DNA of 57,586 nucleotides, the filler included, from Sluysia triapertura (lineage: Eukaryota), in NCBI GenBank assembly GCA_046118255.1. It is 4 parts of 4 records of this genome, joined end to end, with 100 filler letters (N's around TTAATTAATTAA, not from the genome) between each part and the next. Parts side by side here need not be neighbours in the genome. Positions count along the whole stretch, not along the records: positions 1 to 16,645 come from JBJNIA010199486.1; positions 16,746 to 30,507 come from JBJNIA010021514.1; 2 more parts are not named here. One strand, given 5' to 3'. Shown here piece after piece: positions 10,507-20,959 of the stretch. The notes below the pieces were generated by a model that was not told where the DNA came from, ran no database searches, and saw nothing but the letters and a program-made list of their open reading frames with translations. Position 1 is the first letter of the stretch. Each line of letters begins with the position of its first letter. The translations under genes and the position numbers were made by a program.

Positions 10507-13500
10507 TTTATATTTAAAAAATGTCATGGCCTTTGACACCAAAAATAAAATAAAATAGAAGTTTTTAAAATTTTTTCCAAACTAAGTTATTTGAAAACTA
10601 TGACTAAGGCAACAGATGATAAAATCGAGGAAGCAAGTCAGAGAATGAAAAAGATCCTAACAAAAGCAAATCAATGAGCGCTTCTCATAGTTTAACTGTT
10701 CAATGAAATATTAACAACGATAATAGAGATAACGATGAGGTTTTAAGATATAAAAAATACGCAAATCTGTCTTTAAATCCTAACTTACGATCATGAAGTG
10801 AAAAATTGATTTTTCAAAGTTAAATAAAATTCTCGTTCCGGTCCAAAAATTCCAGCGTTAAAAGACATTTCAGTTCGATCCAGGTCAAACTGAATTCGAT
10901 CTGAATGGAACTATTTCATTATTAAAGGTATCACAATTTCCAAATAAGTTAAACGATCGTTTTGAATTGATTTATAAATATTTTCTGGGATATCTAAGTC
11001 CGAAAAATGATATTCTACATTATGTTAAGTCCTGGGAAGTTTTGCTGACAAGATTTGACAAGGTTTCAAAATATTCTAAGAAATAATACCCTGAATATAA
11101 TGATGCTTTCAATAAACAGTTCATCAAATTAGAAGTGGTCGATCAGATCGAGATTTTCCCAATTCAGCCAAGTATTCGACAATTTAGTTATAGTTTAGAA
11201 GTGAGTGGACCACCAATTGATGACAGTAAACATTCTCTGAATAACTTGAAACCTCACGTAATTCGAAATTTATTAACCGTTGTTGAATTATATTTTCCTA
11301 CTTGCTTCGAAGTTTGAATAAAGTTTCTGTTTACAAAACCCGAATTTTTCCCGATTTCCCATTAACAAGTGTTATTTCCTATGCCTTTAATGTAATTCAT
11401 AAATCGGTTTTGGAAATTGGATTCACACCTATGGAAAGATTTTTTCTGTCCATACAAACACTCTAAAGATATACAATGTCTCATATTTAAGTTGATAAAT
11501 AAAAAAAATTTGGCCAAAAAGTGATAGATTTGATGCATAATTAGATAATCTAATCAATTCATTTATGAAAGATGAAACTAATATGAAATGTACTTTTACA
11601 TTTACAAATTCAAATCACGTGTAAAAGTTCTGTCAACTCAATTTGGTGCTACTTTATTAGAAATAAGTAATGATACATTAAACAAATTCAACGTACCAAA
11701 CGTAATTCCAGAACACGTCACAAGAGCGATGGGAAGTATTTGATCAACGACAATATTACTGTATTAGTTGTGGCCCCATTTCAACATATTTATTTTTGGC
11801 GCCTCCAAACTTAACCAAAAAATAAAAAAAAACTTCATAAATAAAATAAACACCTTTTTAATAACATACACCAATTTAGTACTTATTAGATGGTACCGAC
11901 TGTTGCTCAAATTCGTATCCAATACAAATTAATACTCACTCTAACCAATAAAACACTCAACCACTTGAAATTAAGCTCACGTGAGTAAAATAAGTACCGC
12001 TAAACCCTCCGGGAAGGTAGGGATGGTTTAGCGCGGATATGTCTATTTACTTGTAGGCACGCTAATGAGTCATTTATTAACACGGCTTGGTAAAAAGGTC
12101 TTTTCCATAGTAATATGAGTAAGCAGGTAAATTATAAAACTTTGTTTGAAGTATGAATTATGTATTATGTCTACAATTGTAAATGTTCGTTTGTTGATGA
12201 ATTAAAAAAGTAACACAATAAACATACTTTAATAGATGTGAGAGTGCTCGTACTACCGCATGTTGATCGAATCAGTCGATTCAAGTTCGTAAATGAATAC
12301 AATGTTGGATTGCTAGATGGTAATTGGGATATACTACCATAACCAGAACTATTGTTTGATAGGCCGCATGCAAGACAGATACGATTAGTGGTATCTAAAT
12401 TTAGAAATAATAATAATGTGTCATAAAGTCTTGAGATATTCAATAAAATAATGAAGTACATTAAAATATATTTAAAGATAAATAAATATCCTTGAGAGAT
12501 TCTATTATCCAATAAAAATCTTTAAAGATACTTTCAACAAATTACAAATCAAATAAGTGTTTCTATAATTTTTTAGTTTCATTTTTCGTAAATATTGAAA
12601 ATAAAAAAGCAATTCGATGTTAAATCTGATAGATGAGTTAATTTCATAAGGGTACTTTTCATGAATTGTGACTATGGCTCTCGTTGCTAAGAGAAACAGG
12701 AACTGATTTATCACACTTAGAAGACTCGTTAGATGCAATTCATTTCACCTAGAGTTGTCATGGAACAATAAAATCTCTTTTAACACATTCTTTGCGGGAA
12801 ACGAGTTAACACGTTCTGCACATAGTATCACTAGAGTATGTTAGCCGACAAAACTCGGATTTTACGAATGCAGGAACTGTTAGAAAGTGGGTATTTCGGA
12901 ATTATCATAAGATCAAAAACTGAAAGATTTATTTTTTGCGCAAATGTCCGCTTTTCAGCTTGGATTGGGTTAAAATAGACCGCACAGAATGTGTTAATCC
13001 CATTGTATTTGATCGAATAGTTAAAAATCGATTTGATCAATATTTATATCCAAATTTGAATAAGCAGATAATCTTCGAGTGCACACAGGATTCAGAAATC
13101 TCTGATCTATTCAAGACAAACTGAGGAAGCTGATATATTATCATTGATTCGTAATAATGCAACATTTATCGAGTCTAGATTACAAAATCCTGTAGTCTCA
13201 TGAAATCTGAGCATTGTACTTTATCAAATAAATTTCCTAGCTAAATAAAAGACCTTGCACAAGTTCCTTGAAATACCTGAAGGTTACTTAACTATTTTTT
13301 AAAATGTAATTAATAATAATCAATAAGAATGTTTAGTTAACACTAAGTTTCAAACCAATCAATGTGCAAATAGTGAAATATAAACACCGATTTAATTTTA
13401 CACTAAATTATAAATTCGGTTAGTTCGATTTTATTACTTAAATACTAACTTTGTAAATTATTGATTTGATCATGAAAACCTTCAGAGCTATCCAACAGGA

Positions 13501-15144
13501 ATTCTAAAACAAATGAATGTACTTGATTGGCCGATGAAGCCGAAACGGAAGTATTCGATGAGGATGAGGAAGATGAAGAAGAAGATGAAGAGGAAGTTGA
13601 AAATTGCGATGTTGACTGAGTATTTGATGATAGATTTTGATTACTACCATCCAAATTATTAGTAGAAATAGAGTTTGATTCGGGCACTGTTCCAGTATTA
13701 GCGGAATTGCACGATTCATTCTCATCAATTATATTAGAATTGTCATCGTCACGAATACTGAATTGACCATCCAATAAAATTGCACCTAACAAGAAATATA
13801 ATTATTTACAAAATGAGTTGCTTTGTTCAAATATATTTCGAATATTTGATTGGAAAACCTGACAAATTTATCCTTAATTTTGTTTTCTAATCCACTTCGA
13901 TTGAAAAACCCTATATTTTTATATACACTTTATAGGGGGGCCCGAATTTAATATTTTGCACAGTGCCCGTCAGAGGCTAGTTACGGAACTTATTAAAACC
14001 ATAGTTAAAAGAAATAAACCTTTAAATTTCAATTTTGTATGCTGTGAACTGCCCGGTAAGCCAAAACCTGCCTTTTTGACGCTCTTCTCAAAAATAAGTA
14101 ATACATTGGAAAATAAATATAAATATCGTTCTGAAAATCCATTAGCAATTGTTATATTAGACACTGAGGTTGGTGCACGATTAATACTATAATTAGATAT
14201 CTGCACACCATTCCGCTCGGCATTCAGCTCATCAAATTGTATTGGCGCTGAACATATACTGCAAATACTTTTGTGGAACCGTTTGAAAGGCATATTACTG
14301 CAACCAACTAATTTTANNNNNNNNNNNNNNNNNNNNNNNNNNNNNNNNNNNNNNNNNNNNNNNNNNNNNNNNNNNNNNNNNNNNNNNNNNNNNNNNNNNN
14401 NNNNNNNNNNNNNNNNNNNNNNNNNNNNNNNNNNNNNNNNNNNNNNNNNNNNNNNNNNNNNNNNNTAATAATAATGATAAGAATAATAATGATAATGATA
14501 ATGATAATATTAATGATAATAATAATGATAATGATGATAATAATAATAATAAATAATAATAATGATGTTGAAAATAACGATAATAATANNNNNNNNNNNN
14601 NNNNNNNNNNNNNNNNNNNNNNNNNNNNNNNNNNNNNNNNNNNNNNNNNNNNNNNNNNNNNNNNNNNNNNNNNNNNNNNNNNNNNNNNNNNNNNNNNNNN
14701 NNNNNNNNNNNNNNNNNNNNNNNNNNNNNNNNNNNNNNNNNNNNNNNNNNNNNNNNNNNNNNNNATAAATTCACTGTTTCCACGAAAAATATTACTCAGT
14801 GAAACGCAATCATCATTTCCACTACCAACTGAACTCCTAGTACCGGCAAGTACTCCAGATCCTGAACTTGAATTAGCCAAACTTTCCCTTTTTAACATAG
14901 AATCAATTTCCTCAAGTTTACAATTGCCCTCATGGATCAAATCTCGAGAACCCTCACTGACTCTGAACCAGGATCGACTCCGTTCAAATTCGACTTGGAT
15001 AATCCTATCATATTTGAGTAATAAAGTGTTGAATGCTTTCATGTATTGAAGCATGGAGCGAGTAACGTGTGACAAATCGCTTATGGAATTTGCAGAGTTG
15101 CTGTCGGAAAACTGAGAACCTTGTTCTGAAGACTGGCTCATGTA
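3407..15144 (-). CDS. SOS: Son of sevenless (SOS)-like Ras guanine nucleotide exchange factor, partial; join of 9 exons (15144-14775, 14307-14020, 13785-13450, 12394-12228, 6215-6043, 6002-5928, 5237-4928, 4071-3889, 3754-3407)
   Basis: All junctions are GT-AG and phase-consistent, giving 750 open codons. SOS-specific order and motifs: PH (DLIHEG; ERYLYLF; KIDWVASLL), linker LPSPSVYRFATPDS (human LPSADVYRFAEPDS), REM (IPVVRAATLDKLV...FLLIYRQF...LIDRFNIPDP), CDC25 (NNLQG...SSSVFRL; LINFSKFR). No DH, histone-fold or Pro-rich tail exons are visible. Confidence 0.88.
3889..4071 (-). CDS. SOS: SOS-like exon: CDC25 domain middle
   Basis: TTTCAG|ATG...GAG|GTATTA. MLHWLV...DRATVILRII...NNLQG...SSSVFRLKDTFE matches SOS LTLWFE...ERVAVVSRII...NNFNG...SSPVYRLDHTFE. 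Confidence 0.88.
4279..4829 (+). mobile_element. Internally deleted Tc1-family DNA transposon
   Basis: TIRs CAGTGATGG(T/C)CAAATTATT at both ends, TA on the right. Transposase relic WLGNS...NHIENLWDI (WPGNSPDLNPIENLW motif) at ~4350-4410. A related end lies at 16422-16645. Confidence 0.8.
4928..5237 (-). CDS. SOS: SOS-like exon: REM (RasGEF_N) domain N-terminal part
   Basis: TGTAG|ATTT...ATT|GTTAGT. Encodes FATPDSEFNI...ATLDKLVSHLT...FLLIYRQFTTPQQLLQTLIDRF. Confidence 0.9.
5928..6002 (-). CDS. SOS: SOS-like exon: PH-REM linker
   Basis: 75-nt phase-2/phase-2 exon LFSQFVVLKNQEEVPLKLPSPSVYR, preceded by a 40-nt GT-AG intron (6042-6003). Not in the ORF track. Confidence 0.85.
6043..6215 (-). CDS. 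SOS: SOS-like exon: PH C-terminal strand and helix with polyQ
   Basis: TTTAG|ACC...AG|GTAAAT. Encodes TITSGKK...GQQQQQQQQQTVIAIRIVFPSVEDKIDWVASLLMLQ (SOS [22 protein letters not shown]). Confidence 0.85.
6493..7036. mobile_element. Non-autonomous hAT element (MITE)
   Basis: TIRs CAGGCGTGCGCAAAC / GTTTGCGCACCTTTG. 8-bp TSD AGCTAGGT / TGCTAGGT. Near-identical internal sequence recurs at ~11770-11865 and ~15317-15715. Confidence 0.85.
7492..7989 (+). mobile_element. Tc1/mariner DD41D (rosa/Visitor-type) transposon relic, deleted and 3'-truncated
   Basis: TA + TIR CAGGTTGTCCCAAAAGTAACCGAAC. Transposase pieces KPYRPHLLH, FQQDGAPAY...WLDETFPGRWIG...GPIEWP. Same family as 51061-52185. Confidence 0.85.
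8300..9260 (-). mobile_element. Polinton/Maverick-type protein-primed family B DNA polymerase relic
   Basis: Minus-strand fragments KFIDIFQFLPSRLAYL (exonuclease-region F.DS..FL..SL..L), DSDS (DTDS-like), DTSNYNINHPLY...IIG*FKD (DTSNY...HPL...GKFKDE). Many stops and deletions. Confidence 0.7.
10437..10507. repeat. (ATT)n microsatellite
   Basis: Direct reading. Confidence 0.95.
10600..11466 (+). pseudogene. Decayed intronless ORF of unknown, possibly viral, origin, antisense in an SOS intron
   Basis: One frame from 10802 to ~11365 has only three internal stops in ~190 codons of AT-rich DNA. ATG at 10600; continuation to ~11466 via frameshifts. Confidence 0.5.
11900..12090 (+). repeat. Dispersed structured element with a GC-rich hairpin and a decayed hammerhead-like motif; related copy at ~45760-45900 (minus)
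   Basis: Shared AATACTCACTC(T/C)AACCAAT...CTAAACC...AGGGAT..GTTTAGC.CGGATAT. Hairpin CGCTAAACC/GGTTTAGCG. Confidence 0.5.
12228..12394 (-). CDS. SOS: SOS-like exon: insert within the PH domain
   Basis: TTTAG|AT...AAA|GTATGT. Phase 1 to 0 fits both neighbouring exons. Encodes TTNRICLACGLS...TLTSIK. Confidence 0.7.
12490..13300 (+). pseudogene. Decayed intronless ORF, candidate RNA-virus-derived (L polymerase-like) insert, antisense in an SOS intron
   Basis: Chain of coding-like pieces LERFYYPIKIFKD, LWLSLLRETGTDLSHLEDSL, NAGTVRKWVFRNYHKI, LRKCPLFSLDWVKID...SDLFK, EEADILSLIRNNATFIESRL, broken by stops and frameshifts. The family assignment is weak. Confidence 0.35.
13450..13785 (-). CDS. SOS: SOS-like exon: PH middle strands with a Ser/Asn-rich insert
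   Basis: GTTAG|GT...A|GTTAGT, phase 1/1. Encodes AILLDGQFSIRDDD...polySer...HSFVLEF (SOS VQINDKDD...HAFEII). Confidence 0.8.
14020..14307 (-). CDS. SOS: SOS-like exon: PH strands 2-3 preceded by an insert
   Basis: ATTAG|TT...AAAG|GTTTAT. ERYLYLFSNVLLIFEKS...LPGSSQHTKLKFK matches SOS ERHIFLFDGLMICCKS...LPGASNAEYRLKEK. Confidence 0.85.
14466..14588. repeat. Imperfect (AAT/GAT)n microsatellite between N gaps
   Basis: Direct reading. It is the source of the spurious Ile/Met-rich ORFs. Confidence 0.9.
14775..15144 (-). CDS. SOS: SOS-like exon: DH-PH junction region and first PH strand
   Basis: TTGTAG|TAC...A|GTGAAT. Open frame containing RDLIHEGNCKL (SOS NEFIMEGTLTR). Phase 1 fits the next exon. 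Confidence 0.75.
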
Positions 15145-15316
15145 CTACAATCAATTAAAACAACTACTTTAAAAATATTTATTTCGAGTTGTTAACTAGA
15201 CATTGTTTTACCAGCTTAGATTAGTGAAGCAAGAATTCGTATGTTTACTGTTAGACATTCCTTGAAGTTATAGTTTATTCTGTCTTCTAATAAGTGCTGC
15301 ATTGAGTCAAATAGAT

Positions 15317-16094
15317 CAAGCGTGCCCCATTTCAACATATTTATTTTTGGCGCCCCAAACTTAATAAAAAATCAAAAAAAACTTCATAAATAAAATAAGC
15401 ACATTTTTAATAACAAAATGGATTTTTCTGTTTCTTATAAATTAAATAAATTAAATATTATGAACAACAGTTCTCTAATTCTTTAGCAAAAATAAAGAAA
15501 AATCAAAATTAAATTTTAATTCTTTATATCAAAAATGCAATATTATGCCTATATTTTTTCAACACGTCGCTGTTATTTAATAGCTGCTATTTCGCGATTG
15601 TGGTAGCAGTGTCTGCTAACGTTAAAAAACAGAAAAATACCAAATAGCATAGTATCTCTAGTGCACATATATAATTGCTTTATAAATTTGTAAGTATATT
15701 TGCTTTGAAATTTTAGTCTTGATGATTGTTCTACATCATGTTTAAGTGTTTTTTCAGTATTTTGTCAATATGTAGCTATTGTTTGTGCTCTTATTCAGTT
15801 TTAGTAATGTACGGGATTTGGGACCCTAAACTGCAGGATTGGTCAAATTGGCTATGATTTAACCGTCTTCAATATAAATTCGATGTTGATACAGTCTGAT
15901 ACAGTTTGTCGATCCTATTATTTATGTTTTCTTACATACCTACTTCCTAAACAAAATTTACTACCAGAATAAGCAATCAATGACATCTCTACTAGCCACT
16001 TCCTCCGGGCTTGGGACCCTTTTCTAATCACGTATTTTCTTACTCTTTTTCGACCATCTTAAAATTTACGACTAGAAATGCATACTCAATCTAA
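15317..16094. mobile_element. Longer copy of the hAT family at 6493, truncated by a gap
   Basis: 15335-15715 is near-identical to 6507-6865. The extension to the N gap is assigned by contiguity only. Confidence 0.6.
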
Positions 16095-16421
16095 NNNNNN
16101 NNNNNNNNNNNNNNNNNNNNNNNNNNNNNNNNNNNNNNNNNNNNNNNNNNNNNNNNNNNNNNNNNNNNNNNNNNNNNNNNNNNNNNNNNNNNNNNNNNNN
16201 NNNNNNNNNNNNNNNNNNNNNNNNNNNNNNNNNNNNNNNNNNNNNNNNNNNNNNNNNNNNNNNNNNNNNNNNTATAGCAGAAAAATAATTAGTTTTTTTC
16301 AAATTTAAAAATTTACCATGTTTTTGAAGCAAATTCTTGTGTGTTCCAATTCCTCCACACGAAAAGGTGTATCTTTATGTATGAAAAACTTTCAAAAAAT
16401 CTTGAAAAACGCTTAGTTTTA

Positions 16422-16645
16422 CAGTGGTGGCCGAATTATTAGACTAAAGACAACCATTTTTGTGATAAAATTCAACATTTTTCAAGAATACTAAGGAACT
16501 ATTAATCAAAAGTGTATAAAAACATTGTCACGGAGAATGTAAAATGTTGGAAAATAACAATTTTCTCCAAAAAATTCTGGTGAAAGTAAAATAATATATA
16601 AAAATACTGAGATCCAAAACATACAGAAATTTTATTCATGTAGAA
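16422..16645 (-). mobile_element. Tc1-family transposon end (same family as 4279-4829)
   Basis: TA-CAGTGGTGGCCGAATTATTAGACTAAAGAC... is the reverse complement of 4610-4829 with few differences. It ends at the contig break. Confidence 0.8.
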
Positions 16646-16745
16646 NNNNNNNNNNNNNNNNNNNNNNNNNNNNNNNNNNNNNNNNNNNNTTAATTAATTA
16701 ANNNNNNNNNNNNNNNNNNNNNNNNNNNNNNNNNNNNNNNNNNNN
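16646..16745. other. Artificial contig linker (44N + TTAATTAATTAA + 44N)
   Basis: Exactly 100 nt, with a six-frame stop 12-mer in the centre. Repeated three times in the window. Confidence 0.95.
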
Positions 16746-17039
16746 TTAATAACGTTCAACTTATTCTGTTATCCTAAGTTTTGACCCTTATATCAACCCT
16801 TATTCTTCACTAATCCCAACAATATGACTGGTTTGGTTTTATTTCATGAATCCAATGGGTGATGGTGTTCATTATTACGATATATTGTGAAAAATAAGTT
16901 TTTGCAAACAATTAAATTAACATTACAAAAATATTTCAGTTTTATCATTACTTTTATACAGACGTTTAGTTTGAAAGTTACAACTTTAATTAAACATAAA
17001 CTTAGACCTGAAGAACATTTGTTTTCAAAATGAATTTTA

Positions 17040-19150
17040 TTATTTTGTACTTTCTTTTTATTATCTGGGTGTGGAATTTTTAAAACTTTTTCTAGGATTT
17101 GGTTTTACACATTCATGTGAAACGAAATTACCTAAAAATTCAACTTATCCCATACATATTTGGTAGGTTTAATTTTCAATCTTGCTACTTCCAATCTTTT
17201 TAATGTATTATAAATATCAACTACATGCAGTTCAAAATCTTTTTAGAATATTATTATATTATTATATCTTCAATATAAACCATTACATACAAAGTTCATA
17301 CATCTTTAAAACATTGATGGTGCTCCTATTAATCCAATTGGCATTTTCTCGCATTCATGTACTTCATTTCTGCAAGAAAAAGCTACTTTACGTTTGTCTT
17401 TTTCTGCTCTCTCTATTTTCACTTACTCACTTTGAAGATCTAAGGTCGTAAAATTTTTCCAACATTTCATCGATTCTACGTAATGGAAATACATCTTTTC
17501 TTATTATCTTATTTAATTCTCTGAAGTCAATACGGAATCTCATAGTTTCATCCTTTTTCTTGGTAAGAAAATTGGTCTGATGACTCCAGATTTTTCATTG
17601 TATCAATTTGATCTTGTATATCTTGTTGACTATGCACTGGGATTCTTTATGGCTTTTTTCTATTAAATTTATCTTCAATCAATGGAATTTCATGTTTTAT
17701 AATGTGAGAATTTAAACTTTTTATTATGTATTGTTTTGTGAGTCCTCCATGACGTTGGGCTTACACAATTAAGGGATAAATAATGCAAGTTTGTGGATGC
17801 GAAAGAATATCTTGTTATTGGATTATCTTTTCCGCTATGAAGAGAGATTATTGTTTGCTATTTTATATTTGATCGTATTTATAAAGATCTTTTAAGCAAA
17901 GTTTAAATTATTATATAGGTTTTATTATTATTCGTAAAAGTTAACTTCGTTTAAACTATATAATTTACTTTGTACGTAAGATAAACAATGCAATATGATT
18001 TGCACATATTATTCAAAAAATTATATTATACGTAAAATTAAAATCGCAATTTATATTCAAATAACAAAAATTTAATATATAAGTAAAAATCATAAAATAT
18101 ATTCAATGGATAAAGTTATAGTTTCTATTACCGATAATAAAACTACAAGTTATTCAAATTTATTAATGTTATTATTTCAATAATATTAGTTATAGTTTAT
18201 ACTCGAATTACTGATAATAAAATTACGAGTTATATGAATTACACTCGAATTTATCAATATTATTAATTCAATAATATTTCCGCATAAATATATCAAATAA
18301 TTATAATTTATTTGTGAAATTAAATTTTACTAGAAGTTTTTTAAATGAATGTTAAGTGATAAATTTAATTTTTTTGTTAAAATAAAATTGCTTCCAATTA
18401 TATATTAACTAACGAATTATCAATTAAAAACAATATTGATAAATAATATGTTCAAAAAATCAATCGATTTAAATTTTTTTCAGGAATTAATATTCTTGAA
18501 ATAAATATTCTTGAATGTTTGATCACTTTATAATTATCAAAACTATCTCTGTTTGTATTTCATATATATTTTGGGCTTTTATTTATCCTCATTATCGCCT
18601 ACATAATAATATTATCCTTATCATCAATATATAAGATCGTTCTTTACTTCTAAACTTTTTAATTATTTCCTTAAAAGGTTTACCTTCAATTAATGTCACA
18701 TAGGTCCTTAATTCTGGATGTAAGCCAGTTTTTAGTTTATCTAAGAATAATGATACTTTTTTATCTTCAGGAACTTTTGCCCTGGCGACAAGAATTTTAA
18801 GAGCACAAGCGAATTCATATACAGATTCGTTTGGATTTTGTTTCCTAATATTTAACATTTTAGCATAATATTTTCCTATATCATCAAGTGCTATTTCCTC
18901 AGTGAAAGCGTTTACAAATGTATTCCAAAATTACTTATCATTATTGCCTATTTCCTTATATATCTGGATCGCCGCTCCAGTTAAATAATTTTGAATTCTT
19001 CTAATTTTTTCGACCTCATTCCAGCCATTTGCTTCGGCGATGCTATCGCATTCAAATAGGAGATCTCAGAGATCCTCCTCTGAACTATTAAATTTTCTCA
19101 TTTATGATAGTGCCATCATACAACACATATCTCTCGCTAAGTGAGCCATG
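17040..19150 (-). mobile_element. Ty3/Gypsy LTR retrotransposon relic (gag plus RT fragments)
   Basis: Gag: IAEANGWNEVEKIRRIQNYLTGAA...KQNPNESVYEFA...KLKTGLHPELR. RT: RKKDETMRFRIDFRELNKIIRKDVFPLRRIDEML and VEFLGNFVSHECVKPNP. Stops and deletions throughout. Confidence 0.85.
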
Positions 19151-20264
19151 ATTTCTCATTATGCAATGCCATTGTTACTGTATAATTTCTAAGTTTAGAT
19201 TTATAATCTTTGTGTAATACAACTTCTTAATAATAACGTATAACTTAAACTTATAAAATATGTTAAAAACTTAAAATAGTACGACTTAGGTAAAAAAATT
19301 GTAATAGTCTTAATAAAAACTTGTAGAATAAATTTTGCTTAACTTATAAACTTGTATAAATTACTTAATGAATGAATTTATAATGTAACGTTGGGGATTA
19401 AAATATATTCCAAACTTATAATTTAAAAGAAACTTTACTTATTTAAAGTACAGTACAACTTATAACAAAAATGGAATATAAATAAATTTAACGAAATTAA
19501 ATTAGAGAATAATAACCTAACTTATTTTCGAAGTTTATGTAAGCTTACTTATAATAACTTAATGTAATTTAATCTACTTAAATTCAATGTTGGGGTTAAT
19601 AAACATTTAGAAACTTATAACTTATACCTTGTAATAGTTATAATTATCTTATATATTAATTCTTTTATATACTGGTTCTCACTCTTGGAATCATTTTTTA
19701 TGTTAGATTTGGTTAAATTGCATATGTATAACGTGAAATGTGAGTCTCATTCGATCCTAGTCCGTAGGTATCAGAGAAAATAAATTATTAGTGGAGGTTT
19801 AATATAGACAATTTGGTGCTTCTTTACGTTTATTCCTTCTAAATTTTGTAAATTCTCTTATTAATAATAGGGATAGTTTATTACGGTTAGTTTAGTAAAT
19901 AGGGTTATCTTATGGTTTAAATATTTATGACTTAATTCAGTAATGTTATTAATAAAGGATTAATAATTATTATTAATTTTTAAATACAAAATTTATAAAA
20001 TGCTTTTAAAAGAAAATAATTTAAATATAAAATTTAAAAAATAAAAATATTTTGTTTAAATCAATTAAGAAGAAAAATAATCAATGTCTGCCAAATTTCA
20101 TTATAAAAACGTCACGAAATTTGGAAGCCTTTAAAAATAAACCAGATTAATCATCCTTGGAATTATTTCAGTGATCAAATTAACGATTATTTGAATAGAT
20201 TTTAATTTAAATTCTAACTTTAATAGTAGAATTTAAAATTACGCTTAAATTTATTTTTATGTTT

Positions 20265-20585
20265 CCTAGGCCATAAAGGCTAGATTAAAATCCTTAAAAT
20301 CTGAAGCACTAAGGGATTACATCTCTTAAGTGCTAAATAATTAATTTATTATTATTTCTTAAATTGTAATTATAATCGTTATATTATTAATTGTCGTTAA
20401 GTTTTTTTGGCTTTTACTAATAAATTAATAACTATTTTAATTCTTATTTAATTTAAACATTTGATGTATTTGCTAGACCATAAAAGCCTAGCCTAATTTC
20501 TAAAATCTATAGTTATTTGCTAGATCATAAGAAGGCTAGCTTAATCTTTATATTGTTACCTGCTAGACCATACTAAGGCTATCTC
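20265..20585. repeat. Array of four quasi-palindromic CTAG(A/G)(C/T)CATA...GGCTA(G) units, probably in the Gypsy LTR/5' region
   Basis: Units at ~20266, 20471, 20518 and 20561. Confidence 0.55.
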
Positions 20586-20959
20586 AAAGTGTAATTTCTT
20601 AGTTAACTTAATTACGTATTCGATACAGTAGATATCGTAAAATATTGCAAACTTTTTAGTTAAACGGCTACGTGACTAATTTTAAAATCCTAATAGGATG
20701 TCATCATTGTGCTAGATTTTTGCAAGAATAATTTAACTCTTTTCGCAGAAAATCCAACAACTTTATGTAAAATGTTTTCAGTATAAAAAAATAACATAGA
20801 ACTGAAATATAATATTGAAATTCATCAATGTTAGTAAAAATTATTTATTTTAATTAATTTTCTATAATGTAAAATTAAATTTAAATGTCGTAAAGTCCAA
20901 TCATAATAAAACTAAATATTAAATATATGCTCATTAAGATGCAAATTTTGACACATTAT

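Noticed and set aside
14271-14783. ORFs running through N gaps and the AAT/GAT tract (also 16072-16332, 32853-33049, 39247-39450, 43332-43526)
   Set aside because: Artefacts of translating Ns and microsatellites.
20265-20585. CRISPR-like repeat-spacer pattern
   Set aside because: Eukaryotic context, only four degenerate units with irregular spacing, and no cas genes.
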